A program made the translations under genes and the position numbers. This document shows positions 46,591-60,100 of a stretch of DNA of 64,000 nt, one piece after another (position 1 is the stretch's first letter; each line of letters begins with the position of its first letter). The DNA is from Fistulifera solaris. Lineage: Eukaryota. The stretch covers positions 434,001 to 498,000 of the forward strand of contig AP026150.1 in the NCBI GenBank assembly GCA_030295235.1, in the 5' to 3' direction. The notes under the pieces were generated by a model, which did not search any database, was not told where the DNA came from, and was given only the letters and a program-made list of their open reading frames with translations.

Positions 46591-47020
46591 TTAAGCATGA
46601 ATTCGGCCATCATCGGATCGAATCCACGGCCAAGCCTTGGCATCTCGAGCACATTCGGCAGCGACATCCCACGAGCTTACAAGTCCTACAAAGATCCCTT
46701 CGTTGTTCAAGACAACAGCATGATTAATGTGTTTCTTTTGAAACAAATCAGCTACCGTGTCTCGACTATCGGTCTCCCCGAACTGTATACAGTTCGCTAC
46801 TCATAATTTGGCTGACGGGCTGCTGCAAGTCAATGCCCCGGTGATACGACGAGGCAAGATCGGTCTTGGTAACGATACCAACTGCTTGATTCTCTCGGTT
46901 GATCACCACAACGGACGAAATCTTTTCATTTAACATGAGCGTCAAGGCGCGATCAATGGGACTGTCGTCGAAACAACTGAATACCTTGGTGGCGGGTGTC
47001 ATGAAGCCGGTTACGTGCAT
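46591..47020 (-). CDS. Small CBS-pair (Bateman) protein; frameshift in G-run at ~46778
   Basis: ISSVVV...VGIVTKTDL. After removing one G it continues ETDSRDTVADLFQKKHINHAVV..FVGLVSSWDVAAECARDAKAWPW...HA*. Confidence 0.85.
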
Positions 47021-47938
47021 TGTTTTTTTTGTTTTTGTGTTGTTGATCGAGTAATAGATGATTGTTATTGTGTTTGTTTTCAAGGTTTGAGACTTATTTT
47101 GTTGTGAATTCAACTCGAGTATCAATTTTTGTGATTATTTTATCCTCCCACACTTGCAACGAAGACCAGGTGACACCGGAATTCGCATAGTCAAAATTAT
47201 GAGATCCGAACCGTCCGTGCATGATCGAAATCTCCGCAGCCTGACTTGTTAGCACAATGCAGATCAGATTCTCATCCCTCGAAAAGACGGAGGTTGGACA
47301 TGCTGTCAAAGGGTTTTGAAGCCAACATTGATCCATTCAAAGGGTGATTTTGTTGCTGTTATTGTGCGGGGGCTTATCATGTGCTTGTTACGCGAAGCTA
47401 GCACACCCAACCTCCCTTTGCCTGTTATTCTCAGTGAGGTAGCGAGATTAAAAAGGCTTAACTTTCCTCTATTTCTGGAGTTACTACCGATCGTTTTGAC
47501 AATAATAGCACTAGTAGAATAAATATATTCGATCATTTGCGATGAAAAACGGAATTGGTCGTCGCGCTTTCCTTTCAAAATCGCCACGCGTATACTTTGT
47601 ACACATGGAAATATGAAACGGACATGTCACAAACTGTATCTAACAAGAGATATCATGGGAGTACCGCAACGGAAATTTCATTCACTATAAGAGAAAATGT
47701 GAGTTTAACTCTTTACGTCCTTTTTACTTTTGCTCCAGGGTCCAGGGTTCTTTTCGTCGTTTGCGCTCGTCGTTTGAAGCTCGTTGCATGATGCGGTCGC
47801 GCTACCAGGAGGTATGCTTGTAGTTGGTGAGAAGTTACTTGTATATCCTTCTTGCGATTAATGCTCGATTACAGTTGCAACTTATCTGTTTCATTTTCGA
47901 TTTGTAAACGTTCACATCAGCAATAATTCACTTTCATT

Positions 47939-48784
47939 ATGGCAGCTCCTCCACCGCAAAGTTATCCGTACGATTACTTGTTCAAAATTTTAATCATTGG
48001 TGATGCGTCTGTCGGAAAAGTAAGCAACTTGGCAAACAATGCGCGCTGTTAAAATGGGCTTGAACAACAGCAACCACTCATGCATTCATTTATTCATTCA
48101 TTCATTTATTTATTTACTTGTTTTCTTCTCCTTGTATTACAGTCATCCATGTTACTGAGATTTACCGACGATTCGTTTGATGAGCATATTCAATCGACGA
48201 TTGGTGTGGACTTTAAAGTCAAACACTTGGAAGTCGAAGGGAAACGCGTCAAGTGTTCGGTATGGGACACGGCGGGTCAGGAACGTTTCCGTACATTGAC
48301 TTCTTCGTATTATCGCGGTGCGCATGGTGTCATTTTAGTGTACGATGTCACTCGTCAAGACAGTTTCGACAATTTGGCGCAATGGTTGAAAGAAGTACAA
48401 ATGTACACGCCGGGGAATGGTGAATCTGTCGTCAAACTGCTGGTTGGAAATAAATGTGATTTGGAACGAAAGGTACCCAAAGAACAAGCCGATTCGTGGG
48501 CTCGGTCGCAAGGGATGTTGTTCTTGGAGGCGTCCGCCAAAACACGGTTGGGGATCCGGCAGGTACGTAGTCATCCGTGAGGTGCCCCTCATCTTGACGT
48601 TTTCCTAAACCGCGTCTCAATCTTATCGCATGCTTATTAGGTATTTTTGGAAGTAGTCAAAAAGATGCTGGAGAATCCGGAATTATTGCAACAGGCTATC
48701 CCAGGACGAAAGGTTGCACCAACGGTTCAATTACGTCCGACAGCTCCGTCCCTCGATGATGATGACGAAGGGGGTTGCTGTTAA
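47939..48784 (+). CDS. RAB18: Rab18/RabC small GTPase; introns 48020-48142 and 48563-48640
   Basis: [60 protein letters not shown]-terminal GGCC prenylation motif. Confidence 0.92.
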
Positions 48785-49051
48785 CTCCTTTTCAAAAACA
48801 GATGAAATCGTAGTAACTCGAACGACTCTTTATGTTTCGAAGAAGCTTTTTATCAGCATGCGTGCTCGCGATAACTTTACAACATGATATATTCCAGTCG
48901 CGCATCGGTGATTCTTCCAAAACTCATTTTATACATCTTTCTCTGTCGAACAATGATATCATAAGATAATACTCCGTAACAAACAGTGAATTCTTTTTTT
49001 CATTGACTAGTATTACAGTATTGCTTCTGTGTGTGTGTGTGTGTATGAATA

Positions 49052-49675
49052 TTAGTCCGTTTCCCGCAACAACAATCCATCCGACATGTCGGGATTGTCT
49101 TCAAATATGATTGTATTGAGACCGGAATCGACCGTACCACGTCCCGTCAATTTCCTCCAAAGACGTTGTGTACAATCCATCGCCAGCAAGGAATACCAAA
49201 CACCCCGTAGGAAATAATAAATGCGGTATCGATTCGACATGAACGCCCCGAATCCCAAAAATACCAACAGAATAATGATGCACCACGCTATCGTTTTGGC
49301 CAAAATACTCCAAAACGACCAGTGTCGTTTCTTTTGATTGTCATTGTCTTTGCTGGAAGTTGTCGGAGTTGCCGTCGGAGTTTGACTGGTGGGGGTATGA
49401 CTTGGCGCCCGAGTGGGAGACGCCGTTGTTGTGTTTGACGTCGGTGCGCGAGTGGGAGCGAATGTCGCATTATTTGAATGAGGCGCCGCCGTGGGTGTCA
49501 TGGTTGTATTTTCATTATTATTATTATTATTATTGGAGGGAGAAGGTGTCGGTAAAGTTGCGTTGGTAGGAGCCATGGTAGGAGGATGCTTTCTTCGATC
49601 CCAGGCCGACGACACGGAACACCAAAGAAGCAGAAATAGCAGCGGTCTTAGGACGATCATTCTGTGCGGATGCAT
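49052..49675 (-). CDS. Type I membrane glycoprotein with Thr/Pro-rich ectodomain
   Basis: Signal peptide (LRPLLFLLLWCSVSSA), PT(A/R)AP repeats, NAT/NTT sequons, one TM helix, C-terminal DxxLL-like motif (DMSDGLLL). Confidence 0.75.
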   Translation of the reverse strand: MHPHRMIVLRPLLFLLLWCSVSSAWDRRKHPPTMAPTNATLPTPSPSNNNNNNNENTTMTPTAAPHSNNATFAPTRAPTSNTTTASPTRAPSHTPTSQTPTATPTTSSKDNDNQKKRHWSFWSILAKTIAWCIIILLVFLGFGAFMSNRYRIYYFLRGVWYSLLAMDCTQRLWRKLTGRGTVDSGLNTIIFEDNPDMSDGLLLRETD

Positions 49676-50206
49676 CCAGGCTCTCCTATTGACAATATCG
49701 AAAATGAAAGGAGAGAGAAAAAAAAATAGAAAAGAATTGAGAAATAAGCTCTCTATTAGCAAGACTGGAGAATTGACGTCTTTTCCCGCTATACTGGTAT
49801 TCTTGTCGTTGCACGCGTTGCACGGGATGATGTCGCGTAGCGAATGTTCGTTTTATCCTCGATGCTGTCGTGTCGCAGCGGAGGACGGACAAACCATGTC
49901 AAAGTGCGGAATGCGGAATGTGGAATCACTATATTTTTTCGGTGTTTGGCATCCCATCCAACTCGTGAATGACGTCTTGTTGCAGTCCTGCTTGAAGTGG
50001 CCGCGTGGAAGCAATATTATTTTGTAAAAGTGTGTGCGCGATCGCGATGGAGTGACGAATGAATGTGTGGAACCCGGTTGTTGAAGTAAATGCGGAGCGC
50101 AAACGCAAAACCGAAAGGAGAGACACCATCGTTCGTTTCGTTTGTTGGAGTGCAACAAACAATCATCGCATCCAACCCTTACTTTCTTCACATACTACAC
50201 AATACG

Positions 50207-51436
<1,230 letters not shown>

Positions 51437-51638
51437 TGATTATTAATGAACACAATTCAAGTATTATTAAAGTAAATAAGAAAAAAAGTCATTATCACTA
51501 CACTTGGATTATTATAGTGAGATGGCAGTAGGAAATTGAGATCTGTGGTGGCAACAACAACCTGAAGCGACCGGACTTTTTAAACATAAGAGGTACCTGG
51601 TCGTCAAAAAGCTGACCCTCACAATGGACTGTTTTATG

Positions 51639-52846
51639 CTATATATCGAGATCGTCCTCTTCGTCGTCGTCATCTACTTCATCCTCGTCATCATAATCCA
51701 AATCATCCAGATCAACATCGTCGTCAAACAAATCTTCTTGAACATTGTCCATATCATCATCGTCTTCTTCATCCGAATCACGTTCCGCATTCTCGGCCGC
51801 TGCCTCGAACAGATCCAACGTGTTGGACTTGTTCGTAAACAGTTGATATCCCGTCAAACGATCAGACTTGTCGACTTCATTCTTTCCGCCTTTCTTTTGT
51901 TCATTTCCAACTTTTCCAATTCGCGTTCTTCGTTTTGTTTTTGTGCCATTTCCGTTTCAAAACGTTTCTTCCACGCCAAGAAATTCTCCTTGTTGCAGGG
52001 AGTGCCTTCGGCACGTCGTTTTCGTACGTCCAAGTCTTCCTTTTCCGCTTCCGTCATTTCTTCTGTAATGATTTGTGATTCAAAGACGCGTTGCTTTTCT
52101 TGTTGTATCTGTGACTGTACATGGCGGAGGAAAAGAAGAAAAAAAACAATACAGAGAAATGAGAGGAGGGGAAAATGTTTCGCAAATATTATCCGCAACA
52201 ATGTACGAGAAGCTTTTTGACGTATTTCGCCTTGTCGGCGAAACCGGGAAAAGCAAAGAAACATTACACGGATCTTGTTTTACGATCGAATCATCTTCTC
52301 TATTTTCTAGCACTGTTTGGGTTGAGTTTTTTTTGTCTTCCACTAATGTTGGTTAAAAATAAAAAGCCAACAAGTGACACATCGTTGCACAGTGCAGTGC
52401 AGTGCAGTAACACGGCTCAATATTTGTAAACGTACCGCTTGTTGTTTTCGCAACATTTGTGCATGCATCGACAAATCATCTAAACCAGGTCGATTGTTTT
52501 CTACCAGCCATTCACGGAGACACTCCGCTACCGAAAAAATACTCGGCGAACCTTCATTCGCCGCGGCTTCTTGATTGGCCAAGTTTAACAATTCTTGTTG
52601 ATGCTCAGGTGCTAATCCTTTCACAATCTCGATTTCCAGCAAGGGTAATGTTTCCGGATACGTCGGTGGAAGTGACACCAACAACTGGCATCCGACATGA
52701 TTTTCGGCTTCCGGATCGGTTTCCGGAAATAAGGTGACGACCCACCGATGATTATGATTCGTTGCACGTTCGATAGTAAAATGATGATCGAAAATTGCCG
52801 CCAATGCTTCGGCTTCCATTTCCTGTTCTTCTGCGTGATCTGTCAT
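51639..52846 (-). CDS. RWD-domain protein (RWDD1/Gir2-like); intron ~52109-52435; frameshift at ~51890
   Basis: EEQEMEAEALAAIF, PPTYPETLP, GTPCNKENFLAWKKRF, RLTGYQLF, acidic tail. Confidence 0.88.
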
Positions 52847-53231
52847 GATTCTATTATGTGTTGTGATTGTTGTTCTTATGTTATTGCTAATGTGTAGAGA
52901 ATAATGAAAGGTACGGTACCGGAACAGACGTCGTGTAAATACTTTTAAAGGGACGCGGTGTGGGCGAGATGCGATGCAATGTTGCGTTGTAAGGACGTTG
53001 CGCGTCTGTACGTAGTTCGAGACGACCTTAGCCGCGGGTGCACCACCAGTAATCAACAGCCCCGTAACCGTAATGGAATTTTAAAGATATTTTCTACAAG
53101 AAAACGATCTCATGAACTGGTATTACATTGGTACCGACAACTGGGCAGAACTCAATTATTGGTCGTTCTTGTTTCATTCGTTCTTCACTAATACATGTAT
53201 AATGTGCTAAGACATCTACTATTTTGGATTC

Positions 53232-55336
53232 TTAAAGGAAAAAAAAACCTCCAATCAACGCCATCCAAACACCCATCGCGACGACTCGGATCAGACCCGA
53301 ACTTGTGGGAGTTTCTACGGTCGTCGGCGCAGGCACACTGGGAGTTGCTTCCGTGGGGGTTGGTGCATCCGGAGTCGGTGCACTTGGTTCAGCAGGAGTC
53401 GGAGCAGTGGGTGCAGCAGGAGTCGGAGCAGTGGGTTCAGCAGGAGAGGGCTCGGTCGGTTCGCTTGGTGTTTCCCCGGCAATTACTTCATAATGAGCCA
53501 TCATGCCAATGTCACTGTGAGAAGGCATGTGACAGTGGACGAGGAACATTTCACCGGGCTGCACTTTGTTGAAGCAAACATGAATGGTAATGTTCTCATT
53601 GACAGCTTCCGTGTCGCGCCAGTAAGGTTCCTCCACGTCGACTCCATCTCTCTTTAATACTAAAAATTCGGCCGTGTGCGTGTGAAACGGATGACCGGTT
53701 CCGGGAGGAAACGCTGTGACATCCCATGTCTCGCAGGTTCCGGCAGTTACTTGACCCGCGGCGACACGCGGATTCCAAATGCGATCGTTGAAACCGAACG
53801 CGACGGGGACGCCCGGTGGATTGGCGATTGTTTCATCAAACGGAAATTGGAAGAGGGGATAGGCATCCACGTCTTGCTGAAGTTGTACCAATTTGGTGGC
53901 GACGGATGGCTGCGCGGCGAGTGCTTGGTAATTTTCAGAATATCTAGGCAATTCAATCGAATCCGTCGTCAGACCTTGTCGCGTCGTAGCCGTAGTGCCT
54001 TCGGCAACATTGATAATGGCGACTTGGCGCTCGACCGCATACGATACACAGGGTGCTACGGGGATTCCAAATTGTTCTTGACAGAATTCCGGAGTGCTGG
54101 GCAAAGCTTCCCATGGAGCACGTGTCATGATGAAAGTTCCGGGTGTATCGAATTGTACCAAGAACTCCACGCGCTGTCCACCGTGCAGCTGAATCTCGTC
54201 AACTTCCATGGGCGTTGGAACAGGGAGCCCATCCAAGCCAACAATAATCATCTTGTGGTCCGGGATGGAAAGATACATGTAGGGCTCGACACCCGCGTGA
54301 GCTACGCGGAAGAGAGCCTTTTCTCCCTGCTCGAAATTGTACGTGGTGGCGTTGGGAAGATGACCATTGCACACCGATGTCCAGTTAAATTGCATGACAA
54401 TGGGAAAGAGAGGAGGTACACTGCCATTCGGATTGACGAGACCTTCGGACATCATCATCAAAACTTCGGTGGCACCTTCGACTCCAGGTGCAGTGGTAAG
54501 GTAGGGAGTGTCATCCGAAGCCGGAAGGACTTCAATAAATCCCATCAACGACGACATGTAGGAGTAAGCCGCCGTTCCGCCCGCGTGGTTGTGATACCAG
54601 TAAAGACCGGTTTCTTGATCCTCTGGTAACTCAAACGTGTACGTTTTCTCTTCTCCACCGTCAATAGATGTATGAACGTCTTCTTCCGTGAACGAAAGAG
54701 ACATTCCGTGGAAGTGGAGGTTCATGTAATTGAGACCCCAGTAGCCAAACTGGGGCGCACCCTGAGAGAAGGGAGAGAGAGAAGAGAGAGACGGAGTGAG
54801 ACAGGCAGGAGAGTGCGATAGACACGAACATGCAATAATATACTTACATAAGCTCCGAGAGGAGAAATACGGTTCACAATGGCCGTGACATTGTTTTCGT
54901 CACTTTCCGCATCACGAACGTACGCATAGAGCTCCTTGTCCAAATCCGAGCCGGGGGGCAAGTTGTTGCGGAGCGTGACTTTCATCGTATCTCCTTGACG
55001 AACCCGTAGCGTGGGTCCTACCGGAAGATCGTTGTAACCAGGAGCCAGGCGGCTTCCGGTTTCCGACCATTCAATGCCTTGGAGCGATTCGACCATGTCG
55101 ACGGTGAGAGTTACTTCGAGTAGACCATTCTCGCTAGAAATGACTTCCGGCTGGAGAATATAGAAGTCAATGTAGAAGTGAACGCATGATAGTAACAGAA
55201 ACAATGTTAGCGTAAACATCCAGCAACAGTGACTTCGATCGTTGACGACACGGAAAGAACTCACCTGGTAGCTCAATTCCGCAGAGAGAGCGCTTCCCAG
55301 CGAAGCAAGTAGGAAAGAAACAGACGACAATCTCAT
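53232..55336 (-). CDS. Three-domain multicopper oxidase, secreted, with Pro/Thr/Ala stalk and C-terminal hydrophobic anchor; introns 55151-55264 and 54762-54847
   Basis: All four Cu motifs are present: NLHFHG, WYHNH, HPFHTH, HCHMPSHSDIGMM. Also GPTLRVRQGD, a signal peptide and a terminal hydrophobic segment. Confidence 0.93.
53360..53465 (-). repeat. 24-nt coding tandem repeat ([EA]PTAPTPA) in the oxidase stalk
   Basis: cagcaggagtcggagcagtgggt-type units repeated about 4 times. Confidence 0.85.
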
Positions 55337-55772
55337 GGCAAAGCAATCCACCTAAATGTGCTTATGCGTTTGTTGGTGACAAAAGATTTTTCTGCCGGTT
55401 TGTTTGTGAGAGGAAGCATTCGGGTGGATCTTTACCTTTTTCGCTCAAAGGTCTCAACTCTCCATGCAACAATCGGCTTCCGCGTAACTGCAATAACACC
55501 GGAAACACATTGGCCTCGTCAAGATGTCCATCGTACACAAAGTATGAGAACAAAAATAACTAGATGATGATTTTTTTCACTTTAGGAGCGATAGTATTTT
55601 TATATGCATGTTGAAGTGCAAACAGGGTCAAAGATTGACACTCAGTGTTCCGTGATCCATGTTCCACGTCTGCTTGCCAGTAGTAAATGATAACGTCACG
55701 GTTTGACGTTTCACGTTTTAGACTTATTACTTATCAACTCGCCTGTCCACATTTCAAAGATCCAAAAGGGCA

Positions 55773-57077
55773 ATGCACTCTTGTCCACTGTTTCTGCTGT
55801 TCGGTCCTGTTTTTGGTACGTTTTCTACGGCGACACTCAGCACACATTGTCCTAGAGTCAATCCTGCTGTGCAGTTTCATTTGGCAGACGTGAGACGTGA
55901 GACGTGCTTTGAACCAGTACTGCTAGGACATTTGAGAGAGGATGCACCAACAGCATGCCAAACGTTGTTCGCCACTACTTGTACTGCAAAACACACCTCA
56001 TCATTGACACTTTGTTGGGGTTGTGGACCTGTGACCATGATTTTGGCAGCCGTCCTTGCTGCGCTCTATCTCGTCATACACAACAACGTACAGTTATATC
56101 TACCAGGAAGTCCAACGCAAGGCGAAGGGGTCACTTCGTTAGCACATTTGATTGTAGACGACGAATCGCTCCCTATTGTGCGGAACGAAAAAGGGTCGCT
56201 GCGTGCGTTTTCACGGACGGAAAATGGCGTCCAACAGCACACAGAAGTCAATGTCACAAATGGACGTTATCCGATCCTCAGCATGGCTATTGATGAAACA
56301 GATCGCACAATATTTTGTGGTGGGAGCGATCGGTTTGTGACAATTCTGCCATATGCGGTAACCCATCCGCACGACACAAGCCATCATTATAGCTCCATCG
56401 CTGACAAACAAAGACTAGGGCCACATACAGGCTGGGTAAAAGATGTTTTGCTTGCTCCATCAAACATTCTTTATAGCATTGGGTGCAATTGCATCGAATC
56501 GTGGCAAAAGCAATCCGATCAAAAATGGAAGCAAGGAAAACGATGGGTTGTCGATAGTGACGTTGTAATGGGTTGCACTTTATCGAGTGATCTCTTGTGT
56601 CTGGCATGCCAAAATGACACATTGTATGCCGGAGGTGTGGATGGACGAATTCATGTGTTCCGAAACGAAGAGTACTCGGCAATGGCAGCGCACAACGGGC
56701 GTGTCAACGCCGTTATAACAACTACCATCCGTGGGATCGATTACATCATGTCTGCGAGTCACGACGGCTGGGTGTACCAGTGGAAAACACATCCGGTAGA
56801 TCACACAAGATTGGAATGTGTACAAACGTTCCAGTCGCAGGAAAGAAATACGGCCATTGTGTCGATTCGACATGACAGGAATAATGACGCCGAAGGCTTG
56901 TTCGTCGTGGGGACCAGTCGAGGAACCATTCTACTACTTTCTGATTCGCTGGAGTTGCTACAAACCTTCTGTCTTCCAGAGCCTGTTACAATAATGGCAT
57001 TTTTGCATGTACCTGATGATAAAATGGTACTTGTGGCTCATTCGCTAGGCTTGGGTGCTTTTCATTACAATGTGTAA
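55773..57077 (+). CDS. WD40-repeat protein
   Basis: CGGSDRFV, HTGWVKDV, AGGVDGRIHVF, AHNGRVNAV, SASHDGWVYQW. Confidence 0.8.
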   Translation: MHSCPLFLLFGPVFGTFSTATLSTHCPRVNPAVQFHLADVRRETCFEPVLLGHLREDAPTACQTLFATTCTAKHTSSLTLCWGCGPVTMILAAVLAALYLVIHNNVQLYLPGSPTQGEGVTSLAHLIVDDESLPIVRNEKGSLRAFSRTENGVQQHTEVNVTNGRYPILSMAIDETDRTIFCGGSDRFVTILPYAVTHPHDTSHHYSSIADKQRLGPHTGWVKDVLLAPSNILYSIGCNCIESWQKQSDQKWKQGKRWVVDSDVVMGCTLSSDLLCLACQNDTLYAGGVDGRIHVFRNEEYSAMAAHNGRVNAVITTTIRGIDYIMSASHDGWVYQWKTHPVDHTRLECVQTFQSQERNTAIVSIRHDRNNDAEGLFVVGTSRGTILLLSDSLELLQTFCLPEPVTIMAFLHVPDDKMVLVAHSLGLGAFHYNV

Positions 57078-57127
57078 ACAGTAAATAATTTTCGTAATTA
57101 GTCTGTTTTTACTTTCCTTTTACTTTC

Positions 57128-60100
57128 CTACTGCTTGGCTTTCCCAATGTTAAACATTTGGGTCCAGAAATCCTTCGGAATCCAATTGAATGCGTTGCGT
57201 TCCAAACGTGCTTTCGCTACCTCATGCAAAAACTCAAACGCTTTCGCGTCGAATTTGGATAGGCTTTTCATAATGTCCTTCTTGGCACCAAACACTTCGT
57301 TCTTCGCCAGCTGCTCGCTGGTATGTTCGACGTCGAAGAGACTCTCGAGATACTTGAGGTGCGTATGGACAGTTCTCTCCGTCACGGCAGCGGTCATGAG
57401 ACCATTGCAACCCCGTCGTAGACACACACCTCCGGCAACTGATAGTTGACGAGTCTCGAGTCCACAACTAACCTCGTCACAACGTACAACACCATCGTAA
57501 TACTTGGTCATGAGTCCACGTGTCCAGACGGATGTAGCGTTCATGATGCGACTGCAGCACTCGAATAGATTTTTTTGGCCCCAAAAGTTGGGTCGTACGC
57601 AACTTGGATTCGTACAAGTGAAACCCGAAGCCAGCTGTTGAGCTCCTCCCACTTTGTCATCAGTGGCGTAGAGGACTCCCGGAAATTCATTCTCTTGACC
57701 GCAAGCAAAGCAAAGAGTCGCAGTTTCTCAACATCTTTGAAACGTTCAACATCCGACAGCAATGAGGAAGGACGAAAGTTCATCTCGACTTCTTCATCCA
57801 TGCTGTCTCGACCGTCGATGTAGCTCGAAGTACCATAGCGCTTCACGTCCAAATGAAGCTTTGCGGCGAGAATTTGCTGCGAAGTACCTTCAATGGGATC
57901 ACACAGACGAGCAATCGGGGGAAGAATCTGCATCGACAGATACCACTCGACATCAGGTTTGAGCACCCCGTTGCTACGCAAGATTTCTTCAGGGTGTCGA
58001 GCTCTCTCAATCGGAGTAGACGACGTGGGTTTCGGTCGACCCTCTTCGTCCACCTCCTCAATGGGCGCAGTGATCACATACGGAATGTGATCTCCAGTAT
58101 TCACTGGACGATTGTTTCTCAGCATTTCTTTGGCAACTAAAACATGAGGAAGTGACTTGGCATCGGGATAATCGTTCGGGTGTTTGCTGAGACCTTTGGT
58201 AATCACATACTTCTCCAAGGGCAGAGCTCCTGCACGCATGTCTTCTGCTACTTTCTCCAAATGGGCATGAATGTTGTGCAAGACAACTTCACTATCTTCT
58301 CCAGAAAGGATCTGACTGGTGATGTATTTGCCAGTCTCTTTTGATTGTACGCACCAGTCTCGACGAACCAAGTCTAGACCTTTGAGTTCTTCGCCGTATT
58401 TGATCGTTCCGTCTGGAAGTTCTTCAACTGTTCTTGCTGCATATTTCTTCTTTTTGAGCAAAAGCATCGAGCGGAAGATTCCATCAATCTCCAACTCCAA
58501 AGTGCGGTACTGGCGATTGACCTGCTTTTTGACGAGTTCTCCCAATTGTCTCACCTTTGGAAGGTCTTGCTCGTTTTTCAAACGCGTGTTAATCATGATA
58601 CTATCCGTGTCACCATAGATTACGTCTAGTCCAACGGAATTTTGAGCAATATCCACGGTTCGCTGAAGAGTGTCTCGTCCCTTTGCCGTAACAAGCGCGG
58701 CGATGGGTTGTGCGAAAAATCGAGAATTTGAGAAACCCAAACATCCGTACATGGAGTTTGCCGTCAACTTCAAAGCTTTCTGACGAATGTCCAACTGTCA
58801 CAAAATTGTCAAAGAGCAAAGCAGTTAGCCGAGTATTCCAGCGTATGCACAGCCACGTACGTGTACTCGGAATAACTCACCTCTTCTTTTTTCGAAGGAT
58901 CGGTCTCACTTTTCAAGATTTTCTTGACGTTACGACGGCGGTCGACAAGGGTTTGAATGACAGTCGGAAGGACACCACGTTCAACTTGAGCATCTGGAAT
59001 CGGTGCTTCATCGTCGTGAATGTGCTTAGACCAGTCGATAGTGGTGAAACACAAGTTATACTCTTGAATGATGGAAGGGTACAAACTGTTGAAATCCAGC
59101 AGAAGAATAAAGGAGTCATAGAGTCCTTTCTTGGGTTCCAAGACCAAACCACCACTGTACTTCGCCTTATTGGTAGCAACCGACTTCCTTTGTTTTTCCG
59201 GAGGAATGAACTTGAGACGATGGAACTCATGGAGCAGCAAATACTCAGTTCGTTCCGCTCGATTACCACGCAATGTGTGAGACCAGATGTTGCCCGCAAT
59301 GCATGTTAATTGCTTTGTGAGCGGCAGAACCTGCAACTTGAAGAGCAATGCCTGTACCAACTGCGCATCGTGCAACGTAGTCATGGCCAGCTGTGTTACG
59401 GTTGCTCCAGATTGAAAGTAAGCAGGTACATCCACAGCTTCAATCTCACGACGGGCTTGCTTCAATTGCGTTTCTGCCAGATTCGTCAAAGAATACGTGG
59501 TCTCGCGCAATAGTTCCTTTGCAGACAAATACGTGTCACAGAGCAAACGCCCGACCAGAGCCTCTTGAATGGCATAGTCCTTACGTGCCTTGCCTTGGAA
59601 CGCCGCACCGGTTCGACGACGTCGGCCTAGTTGGGCCCATGTAGAGATCTTTAACTCGGTACAACGCATCAACAACACTTCCAGATCAAAGCCCGCCGCG
59701 TTGTGTCCGACGATACAGTCGGGGTCCCAAATCAACAACTGCGCCATGAGCCGCGAAATCAAAGCTCGCTCGTTCTGTTCTTGACGAATGACACCACTGG
59801 CCCGAAAGTCTCTCGGCAAAGACGGCTGCTGCCACGGTCGCACAATCACCAGGGCAGCTTGATGTTCGGGCGTCGCTTCGGTCGCCGTTTCGAGCATGAC
59901 ACGGTTATGACACAGTGCCGCGGCCACGACAATTTCCGACTTTTGGGTCGTTGGATTGACGGCGGTTTTGAATTGCAATGTGACGGTCGTGACCGGTGGA
60001 GGAGGCGGGACACTTTCCGTAACACGCTGGACTTGTTTTGGCGATGCTACCACGCATTCCACCTTGGCGTACGAAAGAGGCGCCCGGGTGGGCTGGCAGT

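Noticed and set aside
22236..48784. Functional linkage of Rab escort protein and Rab18
   Set aside because: They are 24 kb apart with many unrelated genes between; compatible with chance.
53676..54629. 317-aa antisense ORF over the multicopper oxidase
   Set aside because: Antisense shadow ORF; the opposite strand carries all the Cu motifs.
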